Origin: Cenococcum geophilum
Taxonomy: Eukaryota
Assembly (NCBI GenBank): GCA_050273025.1
Contig: CP158635.1
Location: 13,454,001-13,518,000, forward strand
DNA length: 64,000 nucleotides
Direction of reading: 5' to 3'
A program made the translations under genes and the position numbers. The notes beneath the pieces are model-generated. The model did not search any database. It saw only the letters and a list, made by a program, of their open reading frames with translations, and was not told the DNA's origin. Shown piece by piece: positions 23,945-37,226 of the stretch. Numbering within the stretch: the first letter of the stretch is position 1; each line of letters begins with the position of its first letter.

Positions 23945-26040
23945 TTTTATTTTTATTTTTATTTTTATAGGTCTGTTGTATTATACTACGTACAATACTG
24001 CGCATGTAGCCTCTAGGCTATAGCGCTATAGTTCTATATACATAAATCCTTTCTAGGCAGCTTAATATATACTAGTAGCTATGTCCTAGTAGTTTATAAA
24101 CCCCTAAGGGTATATAGCTCCTTAATAAAATACTAAGGTACTGCAACTACTAGGGAATAAGAAAACGGTAGGAAAAACCATAGGAAATCCTAACACCTAT
24201 CCCTGTCCTTTTGCAATTTATTTCTGTCCCTTTACTCTCTAATATCTTTTTAAGAGCCTAGTAGGAGTTGCCTCCTTCTAGGGTCCTATCTGTTTTATTC
24301 TTCCATAGAATCTTCTTTACGTACTAGTTTAGCAGCTTTAAGAGTCTTGCAATCTTTACTATTAGCAAAGTGTTTTTCTTTACAACTAATGCAAAGAGGG
24401 GTGGTATGCTAGTAAGGCTTGCCTATTATTATATAGGTAGAATAGGAATAGTCTTTAGATAAATATACAGCTACACAGTATCTATAGGCCCTAGTAGAGC
24501 ACCTATCTCCTATATGGCCGAATTTTTAGCAGCTCGTACACTGCGTAGTAGGAGAGACTTCGAGGTATTTTACTACCTTAGTAGCTGTACCTGCAATTGA
24601 TATCTCTTTTTACTTAAGGATTTCTTGTCTTTTTTCTTCGTTCTCTATAGTAAAAACTATAGAGCCAAATCTGGTCTATAGATTATGTCTTTTTTCACTA
24701 AATAAGATCCATCTAGGTAGTCCTTATATCCTTATAGGATTAAAGGTCTCAATTTCTTCCTTTAGGAGCTTAGAGCCTCCTTCTCCTAGGAAAGGTAGGG
24801 TAGGAACCCCATAGGCTATAATTTGAACCCATAGTTCTAGTTTTTGTTCTCTTTAAAAGGTAAAGCAGTTATACTAGATATCCTTATATTTAACTAAGAA
24901 ATCTGCATTATACTCTTCTGTAGTTATAAGGAGAATATTTTGTTTTCCTTTTGTTCTAGCTATCGATGCTAAAACTGGCTTTTTTACTTGCAATTTTGAT
25001 GCAAATAGTTAATTGACTTTATTTCGTATAGAGAAGGTATCTAGGGGTTAGTCCTTTTCGTCTGTAATTAGGACTAGCTTTCTTTCTTATAGCTGCTTTT
25101 TCTTACTTCTAGTAAAAGTAGAAGGGGTAGGAGAAGGTAGTGATAAGGAAGGTAGTAAGAATAAAGAAGGGAGGTCCTTCTTTAGCCTCTCTATATAGGT
25201 TTCTTTAGTAGGGGCCACCTCCTTACGGAGAGCTCTTACTTCTTCGACTAGTCCTTTTAGGACTTCTTTTGTCTTTTCTTTCCCTTTTATAAAGGGATTT
25301 TCTCCTACTAGGATACTGCGTGTATAGTCCTCTAGCTGTTTAACTTGTTCTTTTTTTTCTTCTTCTTCTTCTTCTAGCCCTTTATAGGCCTGGGTTAGGC
25401 TTTCTAAGGCCTTTTATAGGTGTTGTTCTGGAGAAAGGGGAGGGAAGGATATACTAGGTATACCAGCCGTAAAAGTTATAAGTTTTATTGTCTTTTTTGC
25501 AGGTTTTTGGTTTTCTTTTTCGGTAGAAGACTGAGGATGTCCTCTTTTTCTCCTGTCTCAAATAGGCCAGGAGAAGGAGAAGGGGCAGAGAAAGTGAATG
25601 TAGACTCATTGTCACTTATTTCTATAGGAGGTTGTTGTTTTTTTTTATGCCTACTAGGCTTCGGCATCTTATAGGAAGGCTCCCTAGTTTTTACTATCCT
25701 TATACCCTTTTTCCTTACTAATCCTACTAGAAGATTTCTGGGGAGATTAGGCTAAAAGGTAGTAGAAAAACTAGCTCCTATTTTGCAGTTTTGGTATTAG
25801 TGGTAGTAGTAGTAGTTTTGGTGTTCCCGTCCGTGCCTCGCTTATAAGCTAGGGCCACCCTTAAAGAAAATTTTCTGTTGGGAAAAAGGGGTAAAACAAT
25901 AAATAAATCCACCTCTAGCTCGCTAGGTAGTAGGAATTAGGTCTTAAAAGTTGGAAAATCGATTGTTTTTGATGGTAAGATAGGTATGCGTAAGTTTTAA
26001 AGTGTGGCGCTACCTTTTGGTAAGGTTGCATGTGTAGTAA
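23945..26040 (-). mobile_element. ORF1-only non-LTR (LINE-derived) retroelement, copy 1 (~2.1 kb)
   Basis: Near-identical to 44439-46536 apart from RIP and small indels; (TAAAAA)n tail directly after the single ORF; TSD obscured by the AGGT repeat. Confidence 0.75.
23975..25667 (-). pseudogene. LINE ORF1/gag-like nucleic-acid-binding protein (MPKPSRHKKK..., C-terminal zinc knuckles), RIP-degraded
   Basis: ORF-track start at 25667; C-terminal (C).N(C)(Q)D.....(H).AA(W)KG at ~24045-24105 fits the last knuckle of fungal LINE ORF1. End approximate. Confidence 0.65.
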
Positions 26041-26127
26041 GTAGGTAGGTAGGTAGGTAGGTAGGTAAGTAGGTAGGTAGGTAGGTAGGTAAGTAGGTAG
26101 GTAGGTAGGTAGGTAAGTAGGTAAGAG

Positions 26128-26292
26128 ATTACTATTACTAGAACTAGACTACTATCGCTAAAACTAAACTACCGTTATTAAAACTAGATAACTGTTACTA
26201 GAGCTAGATAATCGTTACTAGAACTAAACAACCGTTACTAAAACTAAACAATTATTACTAGAACTAAACAACCGTCGCTAGAGCTAAATAAT
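26128..26292 (+). repeat. 20-bp tandem repeat (AACTAGACGACCGTCGCTAG)n
   Basis: Directly visible; also at 23530-23600, 34640-34900 and, reversed and less mutated, at 36385-36628. Confidence 0.88.
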
Positions 26293-26425
26293 AATAACTA
26301 GCTAGCGAATACTATAAACAATTAAATTAATTAATTAAATTAAGGCAGTATAGATAAATAGGTATAAATAAGGAAATGCTAACAGGTAGGTAAATATAGA
26401 TAGGTAGGTAGATATAGGTAGGTAA

Positions 26426-29400
26426 TGTTATGGCACTAACCTAACGCATACTGTTTTATACTATCTCATACTATTTCCTACTATTAGCCAGCCTACTACT
26501 AGTGACTTAGCGGCTGGCCCTACCATTTATATATAATACCCCCTTTCTACCTTCTTCCCCTCTTTATACTATAACGTAGTTATTTAGTCTACTTTATTAT
26601 AGTACTATAACAGTTTATAGTATCTTTAATTTACGCCCTATTACGATCACTAATTCCTTATACCCTAGCTAATTAACCTCCACTTAGAGCAATTACGACC
26701 TATATACGCCTTTACTAAAACTAATACGTCCCTAGCATAGTTCTAAAATAATCCTTAGTTTTTACCTAGCGCCTAGATAGGCGACACTAATAACGCCGAA
26801 ATGGCCGAAACTTAAAACCCCTATAACGTCTTTATAGACCTCTTTATAAAGATATACCCCAATATTATATAGATAATCCGCCACTCCCTACTATACCCTA
26901 AGACCTTTAAGCCTAGCAAAGCTTACCTTACCCTTATTAACTATACTAACAAGTTCCTTAATAATATTAAAGTAGGACTATAGTATATATATAATATAAA
27001 CACCGCCAATAAGAAAGCTAATAAAAACCTTATTACCCTTATTGCTTTCTAGATAGGAACTATTAACTCCTAGGCAGAGACTATCGCCGTTCTAAAATAA
27101 TTAACCCCTATAATAATAGTAGTAACCTAGTAGAAAAAACAGAGATCTAAAGACCCGCTAATATTTAGCGGAAAAGGTACCCTACTAAAATAATAAGCTA
27201 ATTTTAAGACCTAGCACATTAAGATTAAGGGAGTCTTTAACTAGGACTGGGACTACTTTAATATAATTTAGTCCCAGATCCTTTATATCTTAAGTATACT
27301 AAAGAATAAGACCTATAAGTTTATTAAGTAGGGCCTAGAGCTTATATACGAGAACCTAAACAATATATTTGCATAGAAATAGCCTATTAAAGAAGATATA
27401 CTTAAAGACCTTACTACCTACTATAAGGTCCTTAATATAACCTAGGTTATAAAGAATAAGCTTAACCATTTCCCCTAGGGCGAGCGTAATTACTAGTCCT
27501 AAAAGGGAGAGCTTAATAAGCTAATAGTCCGCGCTAAAAAGATAGACGAATAGAAGGTAAACCTACTCTAAAAGTTTATCTCTCTAAAGATAAAAGAGCT
27601 AGTACTTAAACTTACCTATAAAATTAATAATAGCAACTATATAGGTTAGAGTAAGTAAATAGATATATTTGCTAAAAACTTTATAAATTATACACACTAA
27701 GCTAACCTTAAGAAGAACGCTAACTACCGCCTACCTGCCTAAGCCCATACCCCTATATTAACTCTAACCCTAGTAGTAACTAAAGAACCTATAAACTTTA
27801 ATAAAATCTTAGATACGGAGCGTAAGCGCCGCGTTAATAATAGATTATACCTTATCTATAGCCTACCTAGCTACTAAAAGGACGCCTATAACCCCGCTAA
27901 GATAGCAAACCTAGTCCTAATACCACCCTATTAAATAACGCGAACTAATAACCGCGGACGCAGCGACTATAGAGTCTATTATAGACGCGGCAACCGTAGA
28001 GCCTATTATAGCTACAGTGGACGGCCCCCCCTTTAACCCTACGGCTTAGTTACTCTAAACTATATCCTATATAGGAGCCTAACCCATTAATAACGCTTAG
28101 TATTAGCGGCTCCGCGCTAGTAAATATAAATACGGCTATATTATTAGCGAGGTATTATCTTCCTATACCCTAATTAAGACTAAAACTAATACCGCTAGCT
28201 AGATAAACACTAGACCGCCCTACTAAGACAGCCTTATACCCTAGTTGTTAAAAGGTAAACCCTTAGACTAAGTTATATCTAAGGGTCTAAACTATATAAG
28301 GAGGAAGACGAGAAGATTAGGTCCCTATTACTAGATTAATTAAACCTTTTTATTAGTAAGCTGCTACTTAATCTTAGATTAGCAAATAGTAATAAAAAAT
28401 TAATCCTTATTTAAACTTAACTCTCCTTCTTATATAACCTATACCCCTAAGTTTATATTAATATAGTAAGCCTAGTAGACTCTAGTAGTACTATAATAGT
28501 ATTTATTAACGCAGAGTCTATTATAAAAAAGTATAATATTATAACTAAGAAGCTGCTAGTACCTAGGCTACTACGCCTTATAGATAGTATTCTATCTTCG
28601 CTTATTACGGACTACTTTACCGCCTAAATATTAATCGGCCTTTATACTAAAGCTATGCTTTTTTTAATTACTAAACTCTTGCCTACTACCCTAATTATTT
28701 TAAATATACCCTAGCTTTAGAAGTATAAGCCCCGCCCTAGCTTTAGGAAACTTAAAATCCGCTTTAACTTAGACTACTACTTTAGGTACTACCTTCCGTA
28801 GGGGATAACCGACGGTAGTAGGGACGCCTTATGTAGATACTTAGCACTACTAAGCCTAGTGCCTAGGACTATATATAAAGCCCTAATAGTAAAAGACGTT
28901 CCTAATAAAAGGGAGCCTATATAACTATAAAGAAACGAAATAGTAGAAGACTAAACTACCCTAGCACTTAAGACTAAAATAATAGGCCAGCCAGCCCTAC
29001 TAAGACTAAAAAAGAAGGTCCGCTTTACGCCGCTATTATTAAGAATCTAACCCTAACCTAGGTACTATTTAAACCCTAACCGCCTAGCCCAATACCTAAA
29101 ACTAAGCTATATACTATATACGTATACTATAGCTCGCGTTATAGCAAGGACTGGCTATAGAACTACTAAGACCCGGATAATAGAAACCGCGCCACTATAA
29201 CGCCTAACCTTATACCTATCTCCCGCGCGTACTATATAGGGCCGCCGCCTCATTTCCGCCCCCTTAGGCCGACTAAGCTATGCTAGCCTAGCTGTAGCAC
29301 TAGATAACTAGATACGCCCTAACTTAGATAATATTAAATATACTTATACTATTAATTTCACCCAGTTCTATAAATAAAAGGACGTAAAGGTAATAAGGAT

Positions 29401-32400
29401 CTATATAGCAGAGCTAGTAGAACTAGTTAAATAAGATAAGCACTAATAGCTACTTAGAGAGCTACCTATAGGCCTAATAGAAGTACTAAACCTATTAAAA
29501 AGGGTTTTCCGCTAGCTAGTAGAAGGCAACTATATAATAAAAGAAGCCTATAAAGTGCTCCCCCTCTATTTCTATAACTTCCTTAAGATAAATCTAAAAA
29601 CTAAACCTGAGCTTTTACGTTAGAAGATAGTTAACACTAATATTAAAAATTTCCTAAAAGGTAAACCAGGATTAACCCGTAAAGACTTTCTATAATGCCT
29701 ACTAAAGGAGTTTCGTAAATATATTAAGTACTTCCTCCCTAAAAATATAGATAAGCTGCCCCCTTACCAACCATAGGACTATAAAATTAAGATTACCCCC
29801 GGAAACTAAGCCCCGTACTATAAAAATAGACTACTCTTACTTACTAAACTTAGGTATATAAAGAAGTGGATTAATAAAATACTGGATAGGGGTTTTATCC
29901 GCGAATCAACCTTACTAGCTACTATACTACTCCTTTTTACTACTAAGCCTAGCGGCGGTATATAAATCTACTATAACTACTAAGGCCTAAATACAGTCAC
30001 TATTAAGAATTAATACCTACTGCTACTAATCCGCGAGATACTTAACGCACTCTATAGTACTAAGTACTTTATTAAACTTAATATAATTACTACGTTTAAC
30101 TAAATCCGGATTGCGGAGGGCTATAAGTAGCTTACAGCATTTATTACCCAATTTGGACTCTATAAAATGCTAGTTATACTATTTAGCCTTTATAACGCAC
30201 CCGCTATATTCTAAAACTATATTAACCATATTCTATATAACGCCCGTAATAACTACTACACTGCCTACCTTAATAACGTCCTTATCTTTTCTAAAATATG
30301 CGCTAAGCATACTAAGTATATAAACAAAGTCATTTAAAGACTTAGTAATGCTAGACTTTAAATTAATATTAATAAGTTTAAGTTCTACTTTACTAAAACA
30401 AAATACCTTAGCTTAATTATCTTAACTAATAGTATAACTATAGACCTTAAGAAGGTATAAGCCTTATAGAAATAAAAAGACCTAACATTAATTAAAGAAC
30501 TATAATAATTTCTTAGCTTCGCGAACTTCTACTAATAATTTATCTAAGGCTACTCTGCTATTGCTACACCTATAATAAAACTCCTAAAGAAGGATATCAG
30601 ATGGCTATAGGGACTAAAATAAGCTAAATCGTTTAAGGCCCTTAAGGGAGCCTTTACTTCAGCACTAGTATTAGTATACTATAACTATATAAAGAAAATA
30701 GTGGTAGAGATAAATGTATTAAATTAGGCTTCCGGCGGAGTCCTTTCCCAGTATAATAATAACGGAAAATTAAAACTGGTTGCATTCTTCTCTATAAAGC
30801 ACTTTACGCTAAAGTATAACTATAAGATCTATAATAAAGAACTCTTAGCTATTATTAAGGCTTTAGAGAAATAGCGTCCTAAGCTATAAGGGACTAAGGA
30901 GCCGTTTAAAATTATTACCGACTATAAAAACCTATAGACATTTATAACTACTAAGCAGCTAAATTAGCGCTAAGTCTAGTAGGTAGAGTTTCTTTTATAG
31001 TTTAACTTTGTAATTATATATAGACCTAGTAATAAAGCTACGCTCCCTAACGCCCTAAGCTGGCTACTAGGAATAAGGCCTAAGGACGCTAATAATAAAC
31101 GCCTTTACTACCGAGCCTAAGTCGTTATACCGCCCTAAAAAGTTAACACTATAATCTTAGAAGAATTACTATATAAGTCCTATAATTATAATAACGTAGA
31201 GTTTATAGCCGCTTTAGACCCCAAAATAGCTAAAACGTTACTAGATAAGTTAATCTAGCTAGAATACTAGGAGAACGAACTTATAAGAGATATAATAGCG
31301 GCCCTACGTAATTAGAAAGCTCGCTATTAGCTAAAGAAGATTAGGAAATTACTTTATTATAATAAGTTAGAATATAGTATTATTAACAAATAGATCTACT
31401 TCCGCCAACATCTCTTTATCCCTAATACCCTATACCTCCGCCTAAAAGTTACCTATTACTCTTATAGCAGCGGCCCCACTAATTACCCTAGCTGGGTTAA
31501 AACTCTTAACCTCTTAAACCAAATATATTAGTAGCTAGGAATCTCCTAATTTACGACTACCTTTGTTAAAGACTATACCCTATACTTTTATACTAAGACC
31601 CCTTATTCTGCCCCGCCTAGTTTTCTAAAGCTACTATAATTACCTACCTACCTGTAGACTAATATCTTAATTAACTATATTATAACGCTGCTAGTATACT
31701 AATGCTATAGTAAGGTATATAAATATATCCTTATTATTATAGACCGCCTAACTAAAATATAACACTTTATTTTAGTAATAAGACTCTTAATAAAGGAGCT
31801 AGTTAATAGCTTTATTAATAACGTATATAAGCTCTATAGTATACCAAGTATAATTATCTCCGATTACGGTATATAATTTATTAGCAACTTTTAGCGACGA
31901 CTAAGTAAACGCCTTAAGATAACCTTGCGACTAAGCTTAACCTAATACCTAGAAACGGACGGCTAAACTAAAATTATTAACGCTGCCGTAAACAAATACC
32001 TTTATACTTTTGTTAGCTTTATATAGGATAACTAGGTTAACTACCTATTGCTTACTAAGTTTGCTATAAATAACTAAGTTAATAAGAGTATAGACATCTC
32101 CCCGTTTTTTGCAAACTATGGCTTTAATCCTTACCTTAGAATTAAACCTGCTAGCTCCCGCCTACTAATACTATTAGTATAAGCAAAGGAGTTCTTCTAC
32201 GCAGACTTTATAGCTAACCGCTTTAAGCGGATATTAATATAGCTTAAGGCCCTAGCCTAGATTTTATAGTAATACTATAAAGATAATACTAATACTTATA
32301 GGGATGAGAGCGCGTTATTCTACGAAGGCGATATAGTTATAGTTATAGTTAGCTTAAAAAATATAAAGATAAATAAATCTAAGAAGAAATGGGATAATAA

Positions 32401-33341
32401 ATAGGACGGCCTATACCCCGTACTCGTAGTATACTAAGGGGTAGTTATAGTAGACCTTTCGGACTATATCCGAGTAAATAAATCCTTTTATACATCTAAG
32501 GTCCGCCTTTAGGCTGCTAAAGAGATCCCTAGCTAAGCAAATATTAATACTATAGAGCGCCGTAATATATTAGGACAAGTAGTAGAAAAAAAATAATAAC
32601 GGCAATATAGAAGACAAATAGGAGTTTAAGAAAATCCTTAATATATATAACGAAGACCCCTAGGGCCTAACTTATAAGATTAAATAGAAATATTATAAGG
32701 ATATAACCTAGTAGCTAGAGGAAAATCTAAAGGGTTGCAAATAAGCTATATAGCACTTTTATAAGTAATACCCTAAGAAGCTAGGACCCCCAGACTAGGC
32801 ACGAGATAAGGAAAAGTTATACTAAAGTCGCGGCCGACTACCGTATTAAAATTTATGGTAGTTAAGATGTTATAGAACTTTAACCAGCGGTTAAAGTTAT
32901 TTAATTAGCCAAATTCTTGCCAAGAAACGCCACGCGGATTAATTTAGGTGGTAGTATAGAGTTCTATTAACCTTACTTACTAAACTAACTAATTAGGATT
33001 TTCTATACCCGGTATAGAAAATCACTATTAGCTTAGTTAAGGGCGGTAAGCAGAACTAATATCTTTGCGGTAAAAAATAGGTAACCCTATACACTGCCTA
33101 TTTTTAAGTTATCTATTTAGTTTAAGGACCAAACTATCTAGAGGAGAGAAGTACTGTTACGGTACTAACCTAACGCATACTGTTTTATACTGTCTTATAC
33201 TATTTCTTACTATTAGCCGGCCCACTACTAGTAACTTAGCGGCCGGCCCTACTATTTATATATAATACCCCCTTTCCACCTTCTTCCCCTCTTTATACTA
33301 TAACGTAGTTATTTAATCTACTTCATTGCAGCACTGTAATA
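26426..33341 (+). mobile_element. Full-length Ty3/Gypsy chromovirus (6916 bp), RIP-inactivated
   Basis: 187-bp LTRs at 26426-26612 and 33155-33341; TSD GGTAA (26421-26425, 33342-33346); PPT GAGGAGAGAAG before the 3' LTR. Confidence 0.95.
26801..32860 (+). pseudogene. pol: Gypsy gag-pol remnant (gag from 26801; protease, RT, RNase H, integrase, chromodomain from ~28380)
   Basis: LVDS(G) at ~28472; KP(G)GG...(D)Y(R)GLN.VTIKN(R)Y(P)L(P)LI at ~29945-30030; AYL(D)(D)VLIF at ~30262; (H)(P)ETDG(Q)T(E)I.N at ~31946; chromodomain ~32615-32770. Confidence 0.88.
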
Positions 33342-34141
33342 GGTAAGTAAATATAGATAGGTAAGTAAATATAGATAGGTAAGTAAATATAGATAGGTAA
33401 GTAAATATAGATAGGTAAGTAAATATAGATAGGTAGGTAGATACTAATAGGTAGGCTAATATAAATAGGTAGGTAGATACTAATAGGTAGGCTAATATAA
33501 ATAGGTAGGTAGATATAGATAGGTAGGCAATATAGATAGGTAGGTAATGTAGATAGGTAGGCGATATAGATAGGTAGGCGATGCAGGTAGGTAGGTAGAT
33601 AGGTAGGTAGATAAGTTAATAGGTAGATAGGTAGAAGAGAACCATCGCTATATTATATTAAATTATCTAAAATAATATTTATTTTGCTAGCCTTATAAAT
33701 AGCCTTAAAGTAGCTTTTATTTATTTAAAAGAGGTAAATATAATTATAGTTACGAAATGCGTAGATTACTAGTAGGTTGCGTATAGGCTATATATTAAAA
33801 AAACACAATATAGGCTAGTCGGTCAAGTTGCTAAATGCCCTTAACTACGCGCTAATTACGTCAACTACTAACCATTAAGGCCATTGGTAGGGTACTATAT
33901 TTTGCCGATATCGCTTAAGAAACTTACTATAATTATAGTAGAATTCTTAAGTATATAGGTGCTAGCGACGGATCTATACTTTTAAAACGGCCTATATTAG
34001 CTTAATTAGATTAAAGTTTAGTAAGTATAGCGATAGATAGCAAAGAATATAGCCCTCCTCTTTAACAGCAGCTAGAATTTACGCGTTAACGTAAACCTTA
34101 AGGTTATCTATTATAATTACTATAGTTTAATTTAGATATTA

Positions 34142-35516
34142 CATCGGGAAAATATTCGCAGGATAAGATTTAAGTAGACTTTATATAGCGCGTTTCGCGT
34201 AATTAATATGCAATTTAACTAACTTAATACGCAATTAATTAACTTAATACGTAATTAACTAACTTAATATGCAATTTAACTAACTTAATACGTAATTAAC
34301 TAACTTAATATGCAATTTAACTAACTTAATACGCAATTAACTAACTTAACAACTTTAAAAGCTAACTATATATCCCTTAACATGCAATTAAGGTAAAGTT
34401 ATATACCAATTACGTAATCTTATATAATCTTATATAGTTTTATTACTTAAAGGCTTTATATAAGGCTTTATATAAGGCTCTATATAAAGCTCTATATAAA
34501 GCTCTATATTAGGTCCCCGCTATATTCCTAATAGTGTTTATATATATCTCTACCTATATAGCCGCCTTATTTTTTACCCTTCCTTTCTTCCTTATATCCT
34601 TCCTACCTAGGGAGGCACTAGAACGGCAGCTAGTAGAGGACCGTTATTAGAACTAAATAACTATTACTAAAACTAGATAACCGTCGCTAGAACTAGACGA
34701 CCGTTACTAGAACTAAACAACTATTGCTAAAGCTAGACAACCGTTACTAAAACTAGACGACCGTTATTAGAGCTAGACAACTATCGCTAGAGCTAGACAA
34801 TTGTCGCTAGAACTAGATAACTATCGCTAGAACTAAACAACCGTTACTAGAATTAAACAACCGTCGCTAGAACTAAACGACCGTCGCTAGAGCTAGACGA
34901 TAATAACTAGCTAGTAAATACTATAAACGATTTAATTAATTAATTTAATTAAGGTAGTATAGACAAGTAGGTATAAACAGGGAGATGCTAACAGGTAGGC
35001 AGATATAGATAGGTAAGTAGATATAAATAGGTAAGTAGATATAGATAGGTAAGTAGATATAAATAGGTAGGTAGATACTAATAGGTAGGCAGATATAAAT
35101 AGGTAGGTAATGCAGATAGGTAGGTAATATAGATAGGTAGGCGATGTAGGCAGGTAAGTAGATAGGTAGGTAGGTAAGTTAATAGGTAAATAGGTAGAAG
35201 AGAACCATTGCTATATTATATTAAATTATCTAAAATAATAATATTTACTTTACTAGCCCTATAAATAGCTTTAAAATAGCTTTTATTTATTTAAAATATG
35301 CTATTAGTATAAAAAAGGTAAATATAATTATAGTTGCTAAATACGTAGATTACTAGTAGGTTGCGCATATGTTGCGCGCAGGCTACGCGTAGGCTACGTG
35401 TTAAAAAAACACGATATAGGCTAGTTAGTTAAGTTGCTAAATAACCTTAACTACGCGCTAATTGCGTTAACCACTAGCCATTAAGGCTATTAAAAGGGTA
35501 CTATATTTTGCTAATA
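34142..35516. mobile_element. Non-autonomous minisatellite-rich TIR element (CATCGG termini), copy 2, uninterrupted (1375 bp)
   Basis: Same termini and repeat-block order as 22454-33910; 2-bp TSD TA/TG (TG before RIP) at 34140-34141 and 35517-35518. Confidence 0.85.
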
Positions 35517-35630
35517 TGCCTATAAAGCGTAGGAAATAGGTAGCCGTATAGCTACCTTATAAAGTTATTAATCTTAAAGTAGCCCTTATAGACTTAATAG
35601 TAAACCTAGTTATTAATTATTATAGCTACG

Positions 35631-36924
35631 TTAGGAAAAAATTTACTAGCATTTTTATAGCATTTAGTAGCATTTAGCGGCCAAATATATATTCCACGCA
35701 CTATAATATATAGCGTATGGTATCGACTAAGGTATAGTATACTACTATATTTAACAATATAGTGCGGTATACTGCTGTATTTAATAATACAGTGCGGTAT
35801 ACTACTGCGTACTACTATATTTAACAATATAGTGCGGTATACTACTATATTTAATAATACAGTGTAGTATACTACTATATTTAATAATATAGTGCAGCTA
35901 ATTACGCATTTTGCACTTAATGCGCAATTAATATATAATGCCCTCCTTATATATTCTGTATAATGCCCTTCTTACGCATTCTATATATCTTACTTAATTT
36001 AAGCAATAAATAAGTATTACTCTTTCTACGCAGTTAGTGCAAAATAAATTATATTATTTTAGATAATTTAATATATAGCGACGGTTCTCTTCTACCTGCC
36101 TATCTACTAACTTACCTACCTGCCTACCTATTAACCTACTTACCTACTTACCTACTAACCTACCTACCTATCTACTTGCCTGCCTACCTACCTGCCTACC
36201 TATCTACCTACCTACCTGCCTACTTACCTACCTATCTATCTATTTGTCTGTCTGTTTATCTATTTATACCTACCTACCCGTCTATACCTATCTATGCCTA
36301 CCTATCTATACCTACCTGTCTATATTACCTTAATTCGATCAATCGATTAAATCGTTTATCGTGTTCGCTGGCTGGTCGTTTAAACGGTTATTGTGTGGCT
36401 CTGGCGACGGTTATATAGCGATAACGACGGTTGTCTAGCTCTGGCAACGGTTATCTAGCTCCGGCGACGGTCGTCTAGCTCTAAAGACGGTCGTCTGGCT
36501 CTGATAGTCGTCTAGCTCTGACGACGATCGTCTAGCTCTGGCGACGGTTATCTGGCTCCGGCGACGGTCGTCTAGCTCTAACGACGGTCGTCTGGCTCTG
36601 ACGGTCGTCTAGCTCCGGCGACGGTCATCTGCTGGCTGTCGTTCTGGTGTCTTCCTAGGTAGGGAGGATATAAGGAAGGGTAAAAAATGAGGTATACTTA
36701 GCAGAGGTATGTGTAGAGGCTATTGGGAATATAGCGGGGACCTAATAGTAGTGTGTCGCGCGTATATATAAAGGCTTTGTGTAGAGCTTTGTATAGAGCC
36801 TCCGTATATAGAGCTTTATATAGAGCTTTATATAGAACTTTATATAGAGCTTCGCGTAGAGCTTTATACGGAACTTTATATAGAACTTTAAACTTTATAT
36901 AGAACTTTATGCGGAGCCTCTATA
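35631..36924 (-). mobile_element. Reverse-oriented relative of the minisatellite cassette with a different terminus (TTAGGAAAAAATTTACTAGCAT)
   Basis: 36050-36920 is the reverse complement of the cassette in 34450-35240; extra 30-bp tandem repeat at 35735-35895; TSD not resolved. Confidence 0.7.
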
Positions 36925-37226
36925 TTAGGAAAAAATTTACTAGCATCTAATTTTACTTTTTTACTTTTTTAGCATTTTCTAGCATTTAGCAGCTAAATAC
37001 TAATACTTAATTATATATACAGCATTTAGCGGCTAAATGCTAGTACTTAGTAATAAATACAGCTAAATGCTAATACTTAATTATAAATACGGCATTTGGC
37101 GGCTAAATACTAATACTTAGTAATAAATGCCGCATTTAGCTACTAAATGCTAGAAAATGCTAAAAATGCTAGAAAATGCTGAAATGGCAGAAAAGTAAAA
37201 TTAGATACTAGTAAATTTTTTCCTAA
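36925..37226. mobile_element. Foldback MITE (~300 bp, largely self-complementary)
   Basis: TTAGGAAAAAATTTACTAGCATCTAATTTTACTTTT mirrored by AAAAGTAAAATTAGATACTAGTAAATTTTTTCCTAA; internal GCATTT/AAATGC repeats. Confidence 0.8.

Larger units (their letters stand above)
23797..26125 (+). repeat. (AGGT)n microsatellite split by the LINE-like insertion (23797-23945 and 26036-26125)
   Basis: Directly visible; further (AGGT/AGAT)n tracts at 26385-26425, 33342-33633, 34990-35197 and 36093-36325 (reverse). Confidence 0.9.
22454..33910. mobile_element. Non-autonomous minisatellite-rich TIR element (CATCGG termini), copy 1; hosts a MITE, an ORF1-only LINE and a Gypsy
   Basis: TIR CATCGGGAAAATAT / ATATTTTGCCGAT(A=G); 2-bp TSD TC (22452-22453, 33911-33912) restores the interrupted transposase. 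Confidence 0.85.

Noticed and set aside
23784..24005. ORFs rich in YLPT (also 36176-36418)
   Set aside because: They are translations of the (AGGT)n/(ACCT)n microsatellite.
26036..26125. (TAGG)n as telomeric repeat
   Set aside because: The unit is AGGT, not TTAGGG, and the tracts are internal modules of a TIR element.
34640..34900. Regular 20-bp repeats as a CRISPR array
   Set aside because: The units are contiguous with no unique spacers, no cas-like sequence is present, and the context is eukaryotic.
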